IMG/VR virus record: IMGVR_UViG_3300042291_000844
Location: 64,001-128,000 of that record
DNA from: a virus
Taxonomy: Duplodnaviria > Caudoviricetes
Length of the DNA stretch: 64,000 nucleotides
Strand: one strand, 5' to 3'
Positions 35,037 through 44,859 of this stretch are shown piece by piece. Below the pieces are notes generated by a model. The model did no database searches. It saw nothing but the letters and a program-made list of their open reading frames with translations, and was not told the DNA's origin. Every line of letters starts with the position of its first letter. Positions within the stretch are counted from its first letter, which is position 1. The position numbers and the translations under genes are program-made.

Positions 35037-35660
35037 TTAAGCTATATAAGATACGGTCACAGGAATAGTTTGAGAACCACCTGTTTCGTTACCATATACT
35101 GTTATAGTTGTCTTAATAGTTTGTGTTGTATTTGGGTTAGGAATGAATGAGAACGTTAATCCTCTTTCTACTGCTGCAGTTGTTGTGATTTCATCGCCTA
35201 AGAATACCGGTATTGTACCCGTACCTGCTGCGATACCACTACCAACAATTGAACCTGCATTTTTATTTGCTAATACAATTGTATATCCTGACTGTCCGTT
35301 TCCACTTGGTGAGGTTGTTGGAGTTAAAGATACCTGACCACTTCTTTGGTTTACTGAAATTGAAGGAACACCAAATTCTACTTTAGGAATTTTAGTTGTA
35401 CCCTTTGGTAAAGTTACCAATTTGTATTTTAGAACTTGAGTTTCATCAGGAGATGCTTCAGTTACAGGAATCGCTCTGATTGCTGCATCATAATAAGCAG
35501 AACCCTTTGGGTGTGCTGGTTCATAAAGTGTGTAATCAATCTCATCATCACCTAATGCGAATTTAGTAATGTTAAGACCTTGCCCAGATGCTAATTTTTC
35601 TCTACCTTTCTTAGTAAGAATCGCATCAACTGTGATTTCGGAATTATCTAAGTATGCCAT
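35037..35660 (-). CDS. Baseplate/tail-collar structural protein
   Basis: N-terminal ILTKKGREKLA...NITKFALGDDE, like the tail-collar fibre N-terminus. Confidence 0.65.
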   Translation of the reverse strand: MAYLDNSEITVDAILTKKGREKLASGQGLNITKFALGDDEIDYTLYEPAHPKGSAYYDAAIRAIPVTEASPDETQVLKYKLVTLPKGTTKIPKVEFGVPSISVNQRSGQVSLTPTTSPSGNGQSGYTIVLANKNAGSIVGSGIAAGTGTIPVFLGDEITTTAAVERGLTFSFIPNPNTTQTIKTTITVYGNETGGSQTIPVTVSYIA

Positions 35661-35690
35661 AATTTTTGTATTTTCTTTTTTACTTTCGTA

Positions 35691-35699
35691 TATAAATAT
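35691..35699 (-). promoter_or_regulatory. Putative late-promoter motif (TACTT)ATATTTATA
   Basis: 30 nt upstream of ATG 35660. Confidence 0.6.
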
Positions 35700-35718
35700 A
35701 AGTATTTAATAATTTTCA

Positions 35719-38700
35719 TTAATCAACTACTAAAATTGGTTCTCCACTTCCTCTTCCTGTATCTGAAACTTTTAGTATATTCGGGTTAGTTGTGAATGTT
35801 TGAACCGGTGAACCACCTAAAATATTAGTTGTAGAGGTTTGTTTAGACCCATTAAAATAACTATTTTGTAATCCGGTTGATAAATCACCAGTATTTCTAT
35901 AATGGGTTGAGAAATAACCATTTAACGGAGTTACCTCTACAATATTACCACCAACTGTTGGAGTTGCACCATCCCAATCTAATATAGTAACTTTTGTTCT
36001 ATAAAAAGTAGTCGAAATTAATTCTGTTCCTAAACTTTTATCTAAAGCGTTTATGTTTTCAGGTATTTTTTTTGTATAACTTTCTTTTATTAAAAATACT
36101 TTATTTCTTTCTTTTATAAAATTACCCCAAACATCTCTATACGTTCTAATTACATTCCCATTAGAACCAAACAATCCAAATCCTGCAACCGATAAAGAAT
36201 TTTTATCTAATCCAACTTGAGTAAACTCAGTTTGGTCGTATTCACCTCGTATTGAACCTGTTATTGTAGCATCTATTGGTGCAAAAATACCACCCATTGT
36301 TTTGGTTGAATCAGTTGTAATTATTCCAAACACATTTGTAGTACTAAATGTATCTACTTCTCCATTATAAGAATTATTTGTTGCAACTAAATTTAAATCC
36401 CCTTGTGTTTGAATTTCAACGGAATATTGTGGGTTTGTTACATTTAAATCAATTGCGTTAGATGTAGAAATAAACGCATTTATATTTTGGTATGATGCAA
36501 ATTGATTTGTAGTTTCATTTGTATCAATAGTGACTTGATGTTGAATATTTACAGCAGTTGGTCTATTCCATTTAACTTTACTTCTTTCTAAAATATGTGG
36601 TTCAATTAATAAACCAGATGAAACCTTTGCCCTTGCAGGAACTAATGATTCTAATGTTTCAAAAAGTGATTTATCAATATATCTTACTAATTGAATATAT
36701 TCATGTGTATTTAAATCATATCTTTGGAAATAATAATTTCTTAAAGTAGTTAAATCTGAGTATGAATCGTTATATTCATCTGCAGGATTACCAATATAAT
36801 CATCTATATTAAATTCACCTAAAGAACGTAGAATATCCATATTCACTTCTTTCATAGGTGAGAAAAATAATCCCAATCTATCCGTATCTATTGGTGCTTG
36901 GTCATATGATTTTTTAGTTACTCTACTTTTATAGTTTAAATCGCCTGATAGGGTTTGTGTTTCAAAACGAAATTTATTTCCTACCGTCAATCCACTTGAA
37001 GGAACTTTTGCTGTTACAGTTCTTTCATATGGAATGTAATTATATGGATATGTCGTATTTGCAGTAAAATTAGAAGCAGTTGCAAAATTTGAGTACCCAT
37101 TATTGATAGAAACGTTTTTAATAGAACCAGATGGTACTGATGTAGAACCGGTAGTACTGATTGGATATTCAAAATCTAAACGGAATAATAAATCAACCGT
37201 CGATGCAGAAATATGTGAACCATCAATTGCATCAGGTAATAAAGTATGGTTATCAATACGAGATTCTGGTAATGGAGTTCTCCACAAACGGAATTCATCT
37301 AAAGCACCAGTTAATCCCTCACCGACATATAGTATAGAACCACTTTTCCAAGTAGTTGAACCAATTGGTAATGGGTCTGAAATTTTAATTACTTCATTTC
37401 GGATTCTTCCTTGAAATCCTTCTTTTAAATATAATTCAAACACTTCAGTAGTAGAACCAGTTCTTCTATTTAAAACAATATTTGTATATGCATCATTGTA
37501 GAATGGCATATAATCAGTAGATACTGATTGGGTTGAATTACTACCTGTAAATTTGAATTCTAATTTAGCAAGAGAACCCGTTCCTGGTACTAAATCTAAT
37601 TTCCATTTATCAGTTCTTAATAAACTTTGAGTAATACTACTTTGCAAAGTATTAATACTAAATTCAATTGCGTTAGGGAAATCAGTACCATTGGTATCGG
37701 AGTAATCTTTAAACGGAATTTGTAAGAATGAACCAGTTCCAAATTGTAAAGCACAGGTTCTATCATCAAACGTAAACGTTGTAGTTGCATCAGATGATGG
37801 GTCATTTGGCCCACCATATTCCATTATTGTTAACATGGATGATGGGACACCATAACAAGCCATTGCTGCACTTAATGCCCTTTTTGTACCCTTATGTTTT
37901 AATAGATATGGTAAGTTATTTAGTATTCGTCTCCATACTTGATGTTGACGAGATTTTCCACTCATTGATGATGAAGAAGACCCATCTGAATTCTTACCAA
38001 ATGCGTATTCCCATAGGTATTGTGATTGAACTCCCATATCGGCGTTCCAACCTAATGATTCTAACATATGATATATTAAATCATTACCAATACCATCTTC
38101 GTATTTGTGTTCTAATTTTTTAGATTGTGCAATTCCTTTTGTATATGACCATAGGGTATCAAAGTGTTGACCCATCATATTTAAAAATAAAACAAACTCA
38201 GCATTTTCAGCATCATTTGTAATATGTGCAGGAATATTATTTACTAATATATTTTTATTGTTGTAATCATATTGTTGTGCATCATCAATAATTCCACCAT
38301 ACCAATCAGTAACTTGTGAACTTGTTGGATTGTAATATGAATATGATGATGAATTAAAAAATGGATATGTTAACCCATTTGATGATGATGTAAATAAATA
38401 TTTTTCAAATCCATCAAATCCGGCTTTAACTTTATTTTTACTTTGAACGTGTTTTTGTAATTCTAACGATGATGTTACTGAACCAGATGCATATGATAAA
38501 CTACTTGATACAAAATTTATTTTATTATTATAAAATTCAATTAATTCAACTTTATATAAAAAGTTTTTAACTCTTTCTTCTGCTGATGAGTATTTTACAA
38601 AGTTAGACCACGCATAAGTTGAACCACTTTCATATTGAATATTTAAATTCTCTAATGAAAATTCACTTGAACTTACATATGAGTTAATTAAATCAGTAGA

Positions 38701-40830
38701 GGTATTAGAACCACTAGAAATTAAATCATCTAATATTTGATATCCAATTTCATCACCAATTGTTACATTAAAATTTGGTTTTAATGGAGTACACTCACTT
38801 TTTAATTCATCAATAATAGTAACTTGTTCTATTATAGGAATTGATTGAATTTTAGATATCCATAATTGTTGGTTAGGTTGTATCTCACGAGGAAGTGGTT
38901 CGTATAACTTTAAAACTAATGATTTTTGTTCTTTAGTTTTTGTACGATTACCAGTTTCTGCATCGGTTTTATATTCAGAAAAAGTTTCAGTATCAACTCC
39001 CCAAGTTGCAATTAATTTATTATCACCATCACCTAAGTGTAAATAGTGAGTTAAAAATTTAGAAATTTCTTCTTCTAATATTTTTTGGTCTAAGTTAATT
39101 TCAAACGCACTTCTAATATCGGCAATTACACTACCTCTTCGTAATTTTAAATCTCCTTTATCAAATAAAATGGAAATTCTTTCAATCTTACCTTCGGTTA
39201 ATTCATCACCTTCTGCATTAAACGGAACTAATAAAATTTCAAATTGAACCTTATCAGTATCTTCATTAAATTGATTTTGTGCTTTTCTTAAAACCTCTTC
39301 TACATTTAATGTAATTAAACCGGAAGGTGATAGTTTACCAAGTGCATATTGTTTATCATACTTTGAGACATACATCTCAATGTAGTTTGTATTAATTGAT
39401 TGCCAACTAATATCAAAATCAACATTAAATCCTTTAAAATCCGCACCTTTAATATTCTGCGGATAATTAATATGTGTAATATCTGGCCCTGGTAAATAGT
39501 ATTTATTAACTACATTAATTGTAATCTTTGTAGTTTGACCACTACCTGCTCTATCCGAACGAGGTTGTAAATAAACTACATAGTTACCAACTCCATTATA
39601 AAAATCATTTTTAGATAAAACAATCGAACCATTTGGGGATAGTGTACGTTGGGTAGAACCTAATGAATAGATAATCTCCGATGCGTTAACACTATTATAT
39701 GGTATGTTTAAATTATTATCACCTGCTATATTAAATTCAAAGGATATACCTTCAGTTCGTAATGTAGGTGCATCTGCAACGGGTATATTATCATTTGATT
39801 TTTTAGATACCGAAACATTAACTATTACATTATCAATTCCTGGTTCTAATTTAAAATCTAATCTATCATACTTAACACTATTTCCCCTTGTAATTACTTC
39901 ATATACAACTGCATGAGTTTGAGATGATAATCCATTTGAAGTAAATTGAATATAATTACCACCACTTAAATCAAACTCATTTCTACCAGATGTAACATTT
40001 CCAGTTACACCATTTGATGCACGATATGATATTAAATCATTTTGATAAACATCACCATTTATTTGTATCCTTGCAACCGCTTCGGGAAGTGGGTCAATTG
40101 GTACTGGAAATGTTTTTAAATCAAATTTTAATGTAGTACTTAATACAGCATCAGTTTCAGTACTTGCTTCTAATATATTTTGTTGAATAAAATTACCATC
40201 AATTAATTTTTCAACTATCAATTGATAATAAGTAAAGTATACTAAACTTTCATATACCTTTGGTCTTTCTTCCCTTTTTCTAATTACTGCGTTTGGATTT
40301 TGTGGGTCTGATTCGAATGTATAACCAACCACATCATCAAATGGAATTTCTACCGGGATTTGTTTTCTATTTTCTTTTTTTAAAGTATAAACTTTATAAA
40401 CATCTGAAGATTCTACTCCTGATTTTTGAAGTGTTATCTGTTTAGGAGTAAGTAACTCTTTTTGATTAAAGGTTAATTCAGTAGGGGTTGATTTTACATT
40501 TTGTATTACACCATCTACCAATACTATTCCATCTTGTGGATTAGATTGTATTCCTATTTCAACTACTAAATTTTGTGTATTGTATACGTTAGTTGGTGCA
40601 TAGGTACATGAACCATCATTATATGTAGCAGATGCATCATAATTACTAGCACGCGGGTCAGTACAACCAAATCTTGGTGAGATTGGATTTCCTCCACCAC
40701 CACCGGAAATATCACCACCTCCTCCACCTCCACCAAAGTTGTCATTCATTGCACCCAATGAACCACCATCTGGATTCATATTCCCTGAGGTATCGTATAG
40801 TAATAATTCTTTATTTGCCGGTGCTGCCAT
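35719..40830 (-). CDS. Large baseplate wedge protein (1703 aa) with LamG-like region
   Basis: LLKHKGTKRAL...YG wedge-type motif; LYVG..LTGALDEFRLWR.PL; N-terminal Gly run and GCTD..NY..DGSC module; position in baseplate cluster. Confidence 0.65.
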   Translation of the reverse strand: MAAPANKELLLYDTSGNMNPDGGSLGAMNDNFGGGGGGGDISGGGGGNPISPRFGCTDPRASNYDASATYNDGSCTYAPTNVYNTQNLVVEIGIQSNPQDGIVLVDGVIQNVKSTPTELTFNQKELLTPKQITLQKSGVESSDVYKVYTLKKENRKQIPVEIPFDDVVGYTFESDPQNPNAVIRKREERPKVYESLVYFTYYQLIVEKLIDGNFIQQNILEASTETDAVLSTTLKFDLKTFPVPIDPLPEAVARIQINGDVYQNDLISYRASNGVTGNVTSGRNEFDLSGGNYIQFTSNGLSSQTHAVVYEVITRGNSVKYDRLDFKLEPGIDNVIVNVSVSKKSNDNIPVADAPTLRTEGISFEFNIAGDNNLNIPYNSVNASEIIYSLGSTQRTLSPNGSIVLSKNDFYNGVGNYVVYLQPRSDRAGSGQTTKITINVVNKYYLPGPDITHINYPQNIKGADFKGFNVDFDISWQSINTNYIEMYVSKYDKQYALGKLSPSGLITLNVEEVLRKAQNQFNEDTDKVQFEILLVPFNAEGDELTEGKIERISILFDKGDLKLRRGSVIADIRSAFEINLDQKILEEEISKFLTHYLHLGDGDNKLIATWGVDTETFSEYKTDAETGNRTKTKEQKSLVLKLYEPLPREIQPNQQLWISKIQSIPIIEQVTIIDELKSECTPLKPNFNVTIGDEIGYQILDDLISSGSNTSTDLINSYVSSSEFSLENLNIQYESGSTYAWSNFVKYSSAEERVKNFLYKVELIEFYNNKINFVSSSLSYASGSVTSSLELQKHVQSKNKVKAGFDGFEKYLFTSSSNGLTYPFFNSSSYSYYNPTSSQVTDWYGGIIDDAQQYDYNNKNILVNNIPAHITNDAENAEFVLFLNMMGQHFDTLWSYTKGIAQSKKLEHKYEDGIGNDLIYHMLESLGWNADMGVQSQYLWEYAFGKNSDGSSSSSMSGKSRQHQVWRRILNNLPYLLKHKGTKRALSAAMACYGVPSSMLTIMEYGGPNDPSSDATTTFTFDDRTCALQFGTGSFLQIPFKDYSDTNGTDFPNAIEFSINTLQSSITQSLLRTDKWKLDLVPGTGSLAKLEFKFTGSNSTQSVSTDYMPFYNDAYTNIVLNRRTGSTTEVFELYLKEGFQGRIRNEVIKISDPLPIGSTTWKSGSILYVGEGLTGALDEFRLWRTPLPESRIDNHTLLPDAIDGSHISASTVDLLFRLDFEYPISTTGSTSVPSGSIKNVSINNGYSNFATASNFTANTTYPYNYIPYERTVTAKVPSSGLTVGNKFRFETQTLSGDLNYKSRVTKKSYDQAPIDTDRLGLFFSPMKEVNMDILRSLGEFNIDDYIGNPADEYNDSYSDLTTLRNYYFQRYDLNTHEYIQLVRYIDKSLFETLESLVPARAKVSSGLLIEPHILERSKVKWNRPTAVNIQHQVTIDTNETTNQFASYQNINAFISTSNAIDLNVTNPQYSVEIQTQGDLNLVATNNSYNGEVDTFSTTNVFGIITTDSTKTMGGIFAPIDATITGSIRGEYDQTEFTQVGLDKNSLSVAGFGLFGSNGNVIRTYRDVWGNFIKERNKVFLIKESYTKKIPENINALDKSLGTELISTTFYRTKVTILDWDGATPTVGGNIVEVTPLNGYFSTHYRNTGDLSTGLQNSYFNGSKQTSTTNILGGSPVQTFTTNPNILKVSDTGRGSGEPILVVD

Positions 40831-40849
40831 TTATTATAATCCTTGTTTG

Positions 40850-40858
40850 TATAAATAT
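40850..40858 (-). promoter_or_regulatory. Putative late-promoter motif ATATTTATA
   Basis: 19 nt upstream of ATG 40830. Confidence 0.6.
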
Positions 40859-40873
40859 GATTTTATCTATTAC

Positions 40874-42706
40874 TTATGTAAAATTTTGTAATGATTGAGT
40901 ATCGAACTGTCCTCCACCGCCGCCACCACCGAAACTACCATCATATCCTGCTCCACCACCGAATGTATTTCCACCACCGCCGCCACCGCCTGATATAGGA
41001 GTGCTTGGAGTAGTAGGTGTAGTTACCCCACCGCATGAACCTATAAATGTAACTCGTATATTCGGTCCTTCAGATATAGTATTTTCAACTGCACATATTT
41101 CTACTGATTGGCCGGGTAGTAATGAATGTATTGTTGCTGGTGCGCCTGATGAATCTTTATAAAATATAGGAACAGATGTTCCATTATTATAATTATATCC
41201 ATTATTATTATAGTATTGGTATCCATTATAGCCAGTTCCACCATACGAATCATATCCATTATATCCATATGGATTATAGGTATAATATGAATCATTTAAA
41301 ACCCTATATAATCCCGTTGTTAACACTTCTCTAATTTTTGGTACTTCTCTTACATCTCCACTAAATGAATCTATTATTTGATATGTAATTGTCAATGATT
41401 CATATTCTCTACCAAATACATTAGTTTGTTTATTACCATCGGCATCAGTAAATAGGATTCCACCTTCAGATGACCAAACATAGAATGTTTTTGTAAATGT
41501 TTTTGGTTTAGAAACATCTGCATAGGTACATGAACCATCATCCATAACTGCAAATTTATTATAATTTAAAGCGGATGAATCCATACAACCTTTAATCTTT
41601 TCAATTGGAGTTGCATCTGGTATTGGATTGTATTGGCATGAACCATCTGATTCAGTTGCCAATGGATTATAGTTCTTAGCGTTTCTATCAGTACACCCTC
41701 TAACTACTCCTTGTTTATTACCTATACCATTAGTCTCATTTGTATTAGAACTAATTATTGATTTTAAAATCTCTTTAGTAGCATCTAATGTAATTTGTTC
41801 TTCTTTTGTTAATATATTATCTTCTTGTATATCTTGTTTAGGTAAATAAAAACTTATAATTTGAATAAGTGAACTAATTATAAATTCTTTTATTTTAACT
41901 ATTGATAATTCTATTGGTTTTGCACTAGGAAGTGGTTTACCATAGTTAAGAGAAGTTATATTAGTATCTCTATTACCAATAAAATGTTTGGTAGTTTCAA
42001 TTAATTTTTCTCTGATTGTATTTATAAAATTTTCCCAATTTTGAATTTTAAATTCGGTTTGAATTAATTTTCTATATTGTTCTCCTTCTGCAATCGTTCC
42101 CTTTTGCATTAAGAATGATTTCAGAATATTTTCTACTTTTAATGATTGTATAAATGGTTCTACAAAATAAATTGTATCATCTTTAAATTGCCCATCTTTT
42201 AATAAAATATTTAATCTGATATCTAAATCTTCAATTGTATTTTCATTAACATCTTTTAATGGTAAAACTCTGATTTCAGTACGAGATGGTGAAATTTCAT
42301 GTATCCATAATTTATCCTTATCAACTGTTTCAGAACCAACTCTCCTATTTAATAGAGTTGTCTGAGTTTTAAATATACCATTAGAATATCCAGAATCTCT
42401 TACTAATTTTTCAGTATCAATAATATATTCTCTGGCACCATTTGTTTTTACATTAGATTTATTTTCACTAAAAATAAAATATTTTGTAATATTTACATCA
42501 TCTAAAAAAATGTATCTAACCAAATCTCCGTGCTCACCTTGTGGCAATAAATTATCACTAGAATCATACAATATAAATTCAATAGTATCGGCATCACCTA
42601 ACCCAAAGTAAGATTTGGCAACTTCTTTTTCAAAAATTGCTCTATCTTTACTATCAACTTTGTAGCCTTTTTTATCTACTATTTCTTTGAATTGATTTAT
42701 TGCCAT
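40874..42706 (-). CDS. Baseplate-associated structural protein with two GCxD...DGSC modules and Tyr/Gly-rich tracts
   Basis: DTIEFILYD, WIHEISPSRTEIR; context. Confidence 0.55.
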   Translation of the reverse strand: MAINQFKEIVDKKGYKVDSKDRAIFEKEVAKSYFGLGDADTIEFILYDSSDNLLPQGEHGDLVRYIFLDDVNITKYFIFSENKSNVKTNGAREYIIDTEKLVRDSGYSNGIFKTQTTLLNRRVGSETVDKDKLWIHEISPSRTEIRVLPLKDVNENTIEDLDIRLNILLKDGQFKDDTIYFVEPFIQSLKVENILKSFLMQKGTIAEGEQYRKLIQTEFKIQNWENFINTIREKLIETTKHFIGNRDTNITSLNYGKPLPSAKPIELSIVKIKEFIISSLIQIISFYLPKQDIQEDNILTKEEQITLDATKEILKSIISSNTNETNGIGNKQGVVRGCTDRNAKNYNPLATESDGSCQYNPIPDATPIEKIKGCMDSSALNYNKFAVMDDGSCTYADVSKPKTFTKTFYVWSSEGGILFTDADGNKQTNVFGREYESLTITYQIIDSFSGDVREVPKIREVLTTGLYRVLNDSYYTYNPYGYNGYDSYGGTGYNGYQYYNNNGYNYNNGTSVPIFYKDSSGAPATIHSLLPGQSVEICAVENTISEGPNIRVTFIGSCGGVTTPTTPSTPISGGGGGGGNTFGGGAGYDGSFGGGGGGGQFDTQSLQNFT

Positions 42707-43791
42707 GCTAGTATTTTTCTTTTACTCATTTGTTTATTATAAACATAATAACAATATTGTTTACCAAATTTATGAATTAACTTTCCTATCCAATTATCGT
42801 TAGGTAGGATTCCAACTTCGTATGCCATATGTTCTGTCCACGGCTTTACCATTGTATAAATCCATTTTGTATATTGTGGTTTTGCTTTCATAAAGTTAAC
42901 CACATTCTTAGCCCACATCATATATCCTAAAACTAATGATGGGTCTTTCTTATACATCATTTCACCATATAATTCATCCGCGTTCCAAATATGTTGAGGT
43001 AAGAACCCTTGTTTGTAAAGTTCATTACAAATAATCTTTTTCTTTTTGGTATTGGCAAGTTGTGCTTGGGTGGCTGATGCACTTGCGGTTGCAGCAGCTG
43101 CTTGAGCCTGTGATGCTGTAATTTGAGCTTGTGCTAATAATTGTTGTGCGTTTGTAACTTGATTTTGTAATTCAATTGCCCTTGCATTTGCAGCTTCTAA
43201 TTGTGCAGTTAAATTCTTTTGTAATTCATCAAAGGTTTGTTTCTCGGCCTGTAATCCTCTAAGTTGTGCTTCTAATGAAACCCTCTCAATACCTTCTTTA
43301 ATACCCTTTGAAAGTGCATTCTGAAAATCTTGAATTAGTGAAACATATTTATTATTTGTAATTTGTGATTCGTTCTCTGCAGATGCTCTTAATAATCTCT
43401 CTACATCTATTTGAGTAGCCAATGCCTCATTTGCAGTATTTAGAGTTTCAATCTCAGCCAGGGCATCACTTAATTGTTTACTTAAATCAGTATTTTTTCC
43501 TAATGATTCATTATATAATGCTTCTAATCTATCGTATGTTTTTTGAGGAACAACTTTTGGTTGTGGTTTCGCAGGTGCTGCTATTAATTCATCAACAACT
43601 ACATTAACCGCCTTTTTTAATTGCTCTTCATTATATTTAGGTCTTTCAACATATCCAGATGTTTCACCATCAAAATCTTCAGCAGTGGGTTTGACATAAA
43701 AAGTATGATTACCTTGTTCGTTTTGAGAGGTAATCACAGCAGAACCACTTGATATTAATTCTGAAACTCTAAATTCGTTTTGTAATGACAT
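42697..43791 (-). CDS. Coiled-coil structural protein with C-terminal IICNELY domain
   Basis: Long heptad and Ala/Gln-rich helix, then KKKKIICNELYKQG...GYMMWA...PWTEHMAY. Confidence 0.55.
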   Translation of the reverse strand: MSLQNEFRVSELISSGSAVITSQNEQGNHTFYVKPTAEDFDGETSGYVERPKYNEEQLKKAVNVVVDELIAAPAKPQPKVVPQKTYDRLEALYNESLGKNTDLSKQLSDALAEIETLNTANEALATQIDVERLLRASAENESQITNNKYVSLIQDFQNALSKGIKEGIERVSLEAQLRGLQAEKQTFDELQKNLTAQLEAANARAIELQNQVTNAQQLLAQAQITASQAQAAAATASASATQAQLANTKKKKIICNELYKQGFLPQHIWNADELYGEMMYKKDPSLVLGYMMWAKNVVNFMKAKPQYTKWIYTMVKPWTEHMAYEVGILPNDNWIGKLIHKFGKQYCYYVYNKQMSKRKILAWQ

Positions 43792-43794
43792 ATC

Positions 43795-44859
43795 TTATTT
43801 CTCTATTGTAAACGTTAAATCTTTATCTGAAAAATATTCTATTACACCACTTCTATCTATTTTTATTTCAACATAATAACTTCTATTAGTTTCCCAATTC
43901 GTTAAATTTAATTTAAAATAATTTCCGTTACTATTACAACTTACTTTTGTATAATCACTAAATGGAACAATAACCTCATCAGTAATCACATCTTTAATTT
44001 GATAATAAGTTGTAGATGGTAAGTATTTTATATCGTTATATGCAAATGAATTTGAATAAGTTTTAAGTGGGTATTTTTCTCTAGCAAAAACTCCAATTTC
44101 AGGAGTACTTCCTACTTTATATTTTGTTTTTAATTTTTTAAATGTTACATGAATATCGTCAGATGTTAATTGAGTTAACGAACCTGTTACAAACGATTGG
44201 TCATTCCAACCAATTCTAACCTTTGGTTGATATATAGTGTTTGTTTCTTTTGCAAAGAATTTTAATTGGCCATAATCTTCCGTATCATTTTCTAATACAC
44301 TTGAATGTCTTAAAATTATACCCTCATTTGGTAAAGAACCTGATATCCAAGAAGTAAACATAGTTTTTACATTCATATTAATATCTGCACTTTGATAACT
44401 AAATGATTGTGATGTTGCCGAACCCGTCCACCACACGCCACCTTTACCATTATACGAGCCAGTTACACTACCTGTAATATATAATGCGTTTGTAATCCAA
44501 TCTATCCCAGTTGTTCTATGATTCCATGTAACACCGTCAGTTGATATATCATCAAAACGAGTACCGATTCCCATATCCCAACTTTGTGTAATTGGATTTG
44601 CATAGATTACATAATCCATTGGTATTTCATTTGCTTCACATTCTCTAAGAATTAATTCTGCAGAACTCATAGTAACCGCCCCACTAGCAAGAGATGCAGA
44701 AAGAGCAGTTGTTTCAAACTTTATTAGAGTATGAGCAACATCTTTTGAATTTCCATAATAAGTTTTAGAAATTTCTAATATTTCATCCAAACCAGTGTTT
44801 TGTGTTGGTTGTTGTAAATAGATTGTTGCATCTTTTGATGCTGTTAAAAAAGTATACAT
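43795..44859 (-). CDS. DNRLRE/CBM96-like domain structural protein
   Basis: DATIY...NTG.DEILEI, LIKFE, SAELIL, QSWDMG, NEGIILR, KFFAKE....PK..IGW. Confidence 0.65.
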   Translation of the reverse strand: MYTFLTASKDATIYLQQPTQNTGLDEILEISKTYYGNSKDVAHTLIKFETTALSASLASGAVTMSSAELILRECEANEIPMDYVIYANPITQSWDMGIGTRFDDISTDGVTWNHRTTGIDWITNALYITGSVTGSYNGKGGVWWTGSATSQSFSYQSADINMNVKTMFTSWISGSLPNEGIILRHSSVLENDTEDYGQLKFFAKETNTIYQPKVRIGWNDQSFVTGSLTQLTSDDIHVTFKKLKTKYKVGSTPEIGVFAREKYPLKTYSNSFAYNDIKYLPSTTYYQIKDVITDEVIVPFSDYTKVSCNSNGNYFKLNLTNWETNRSYYVEIKIDRSGVIEYFSDKDLTFTIEK

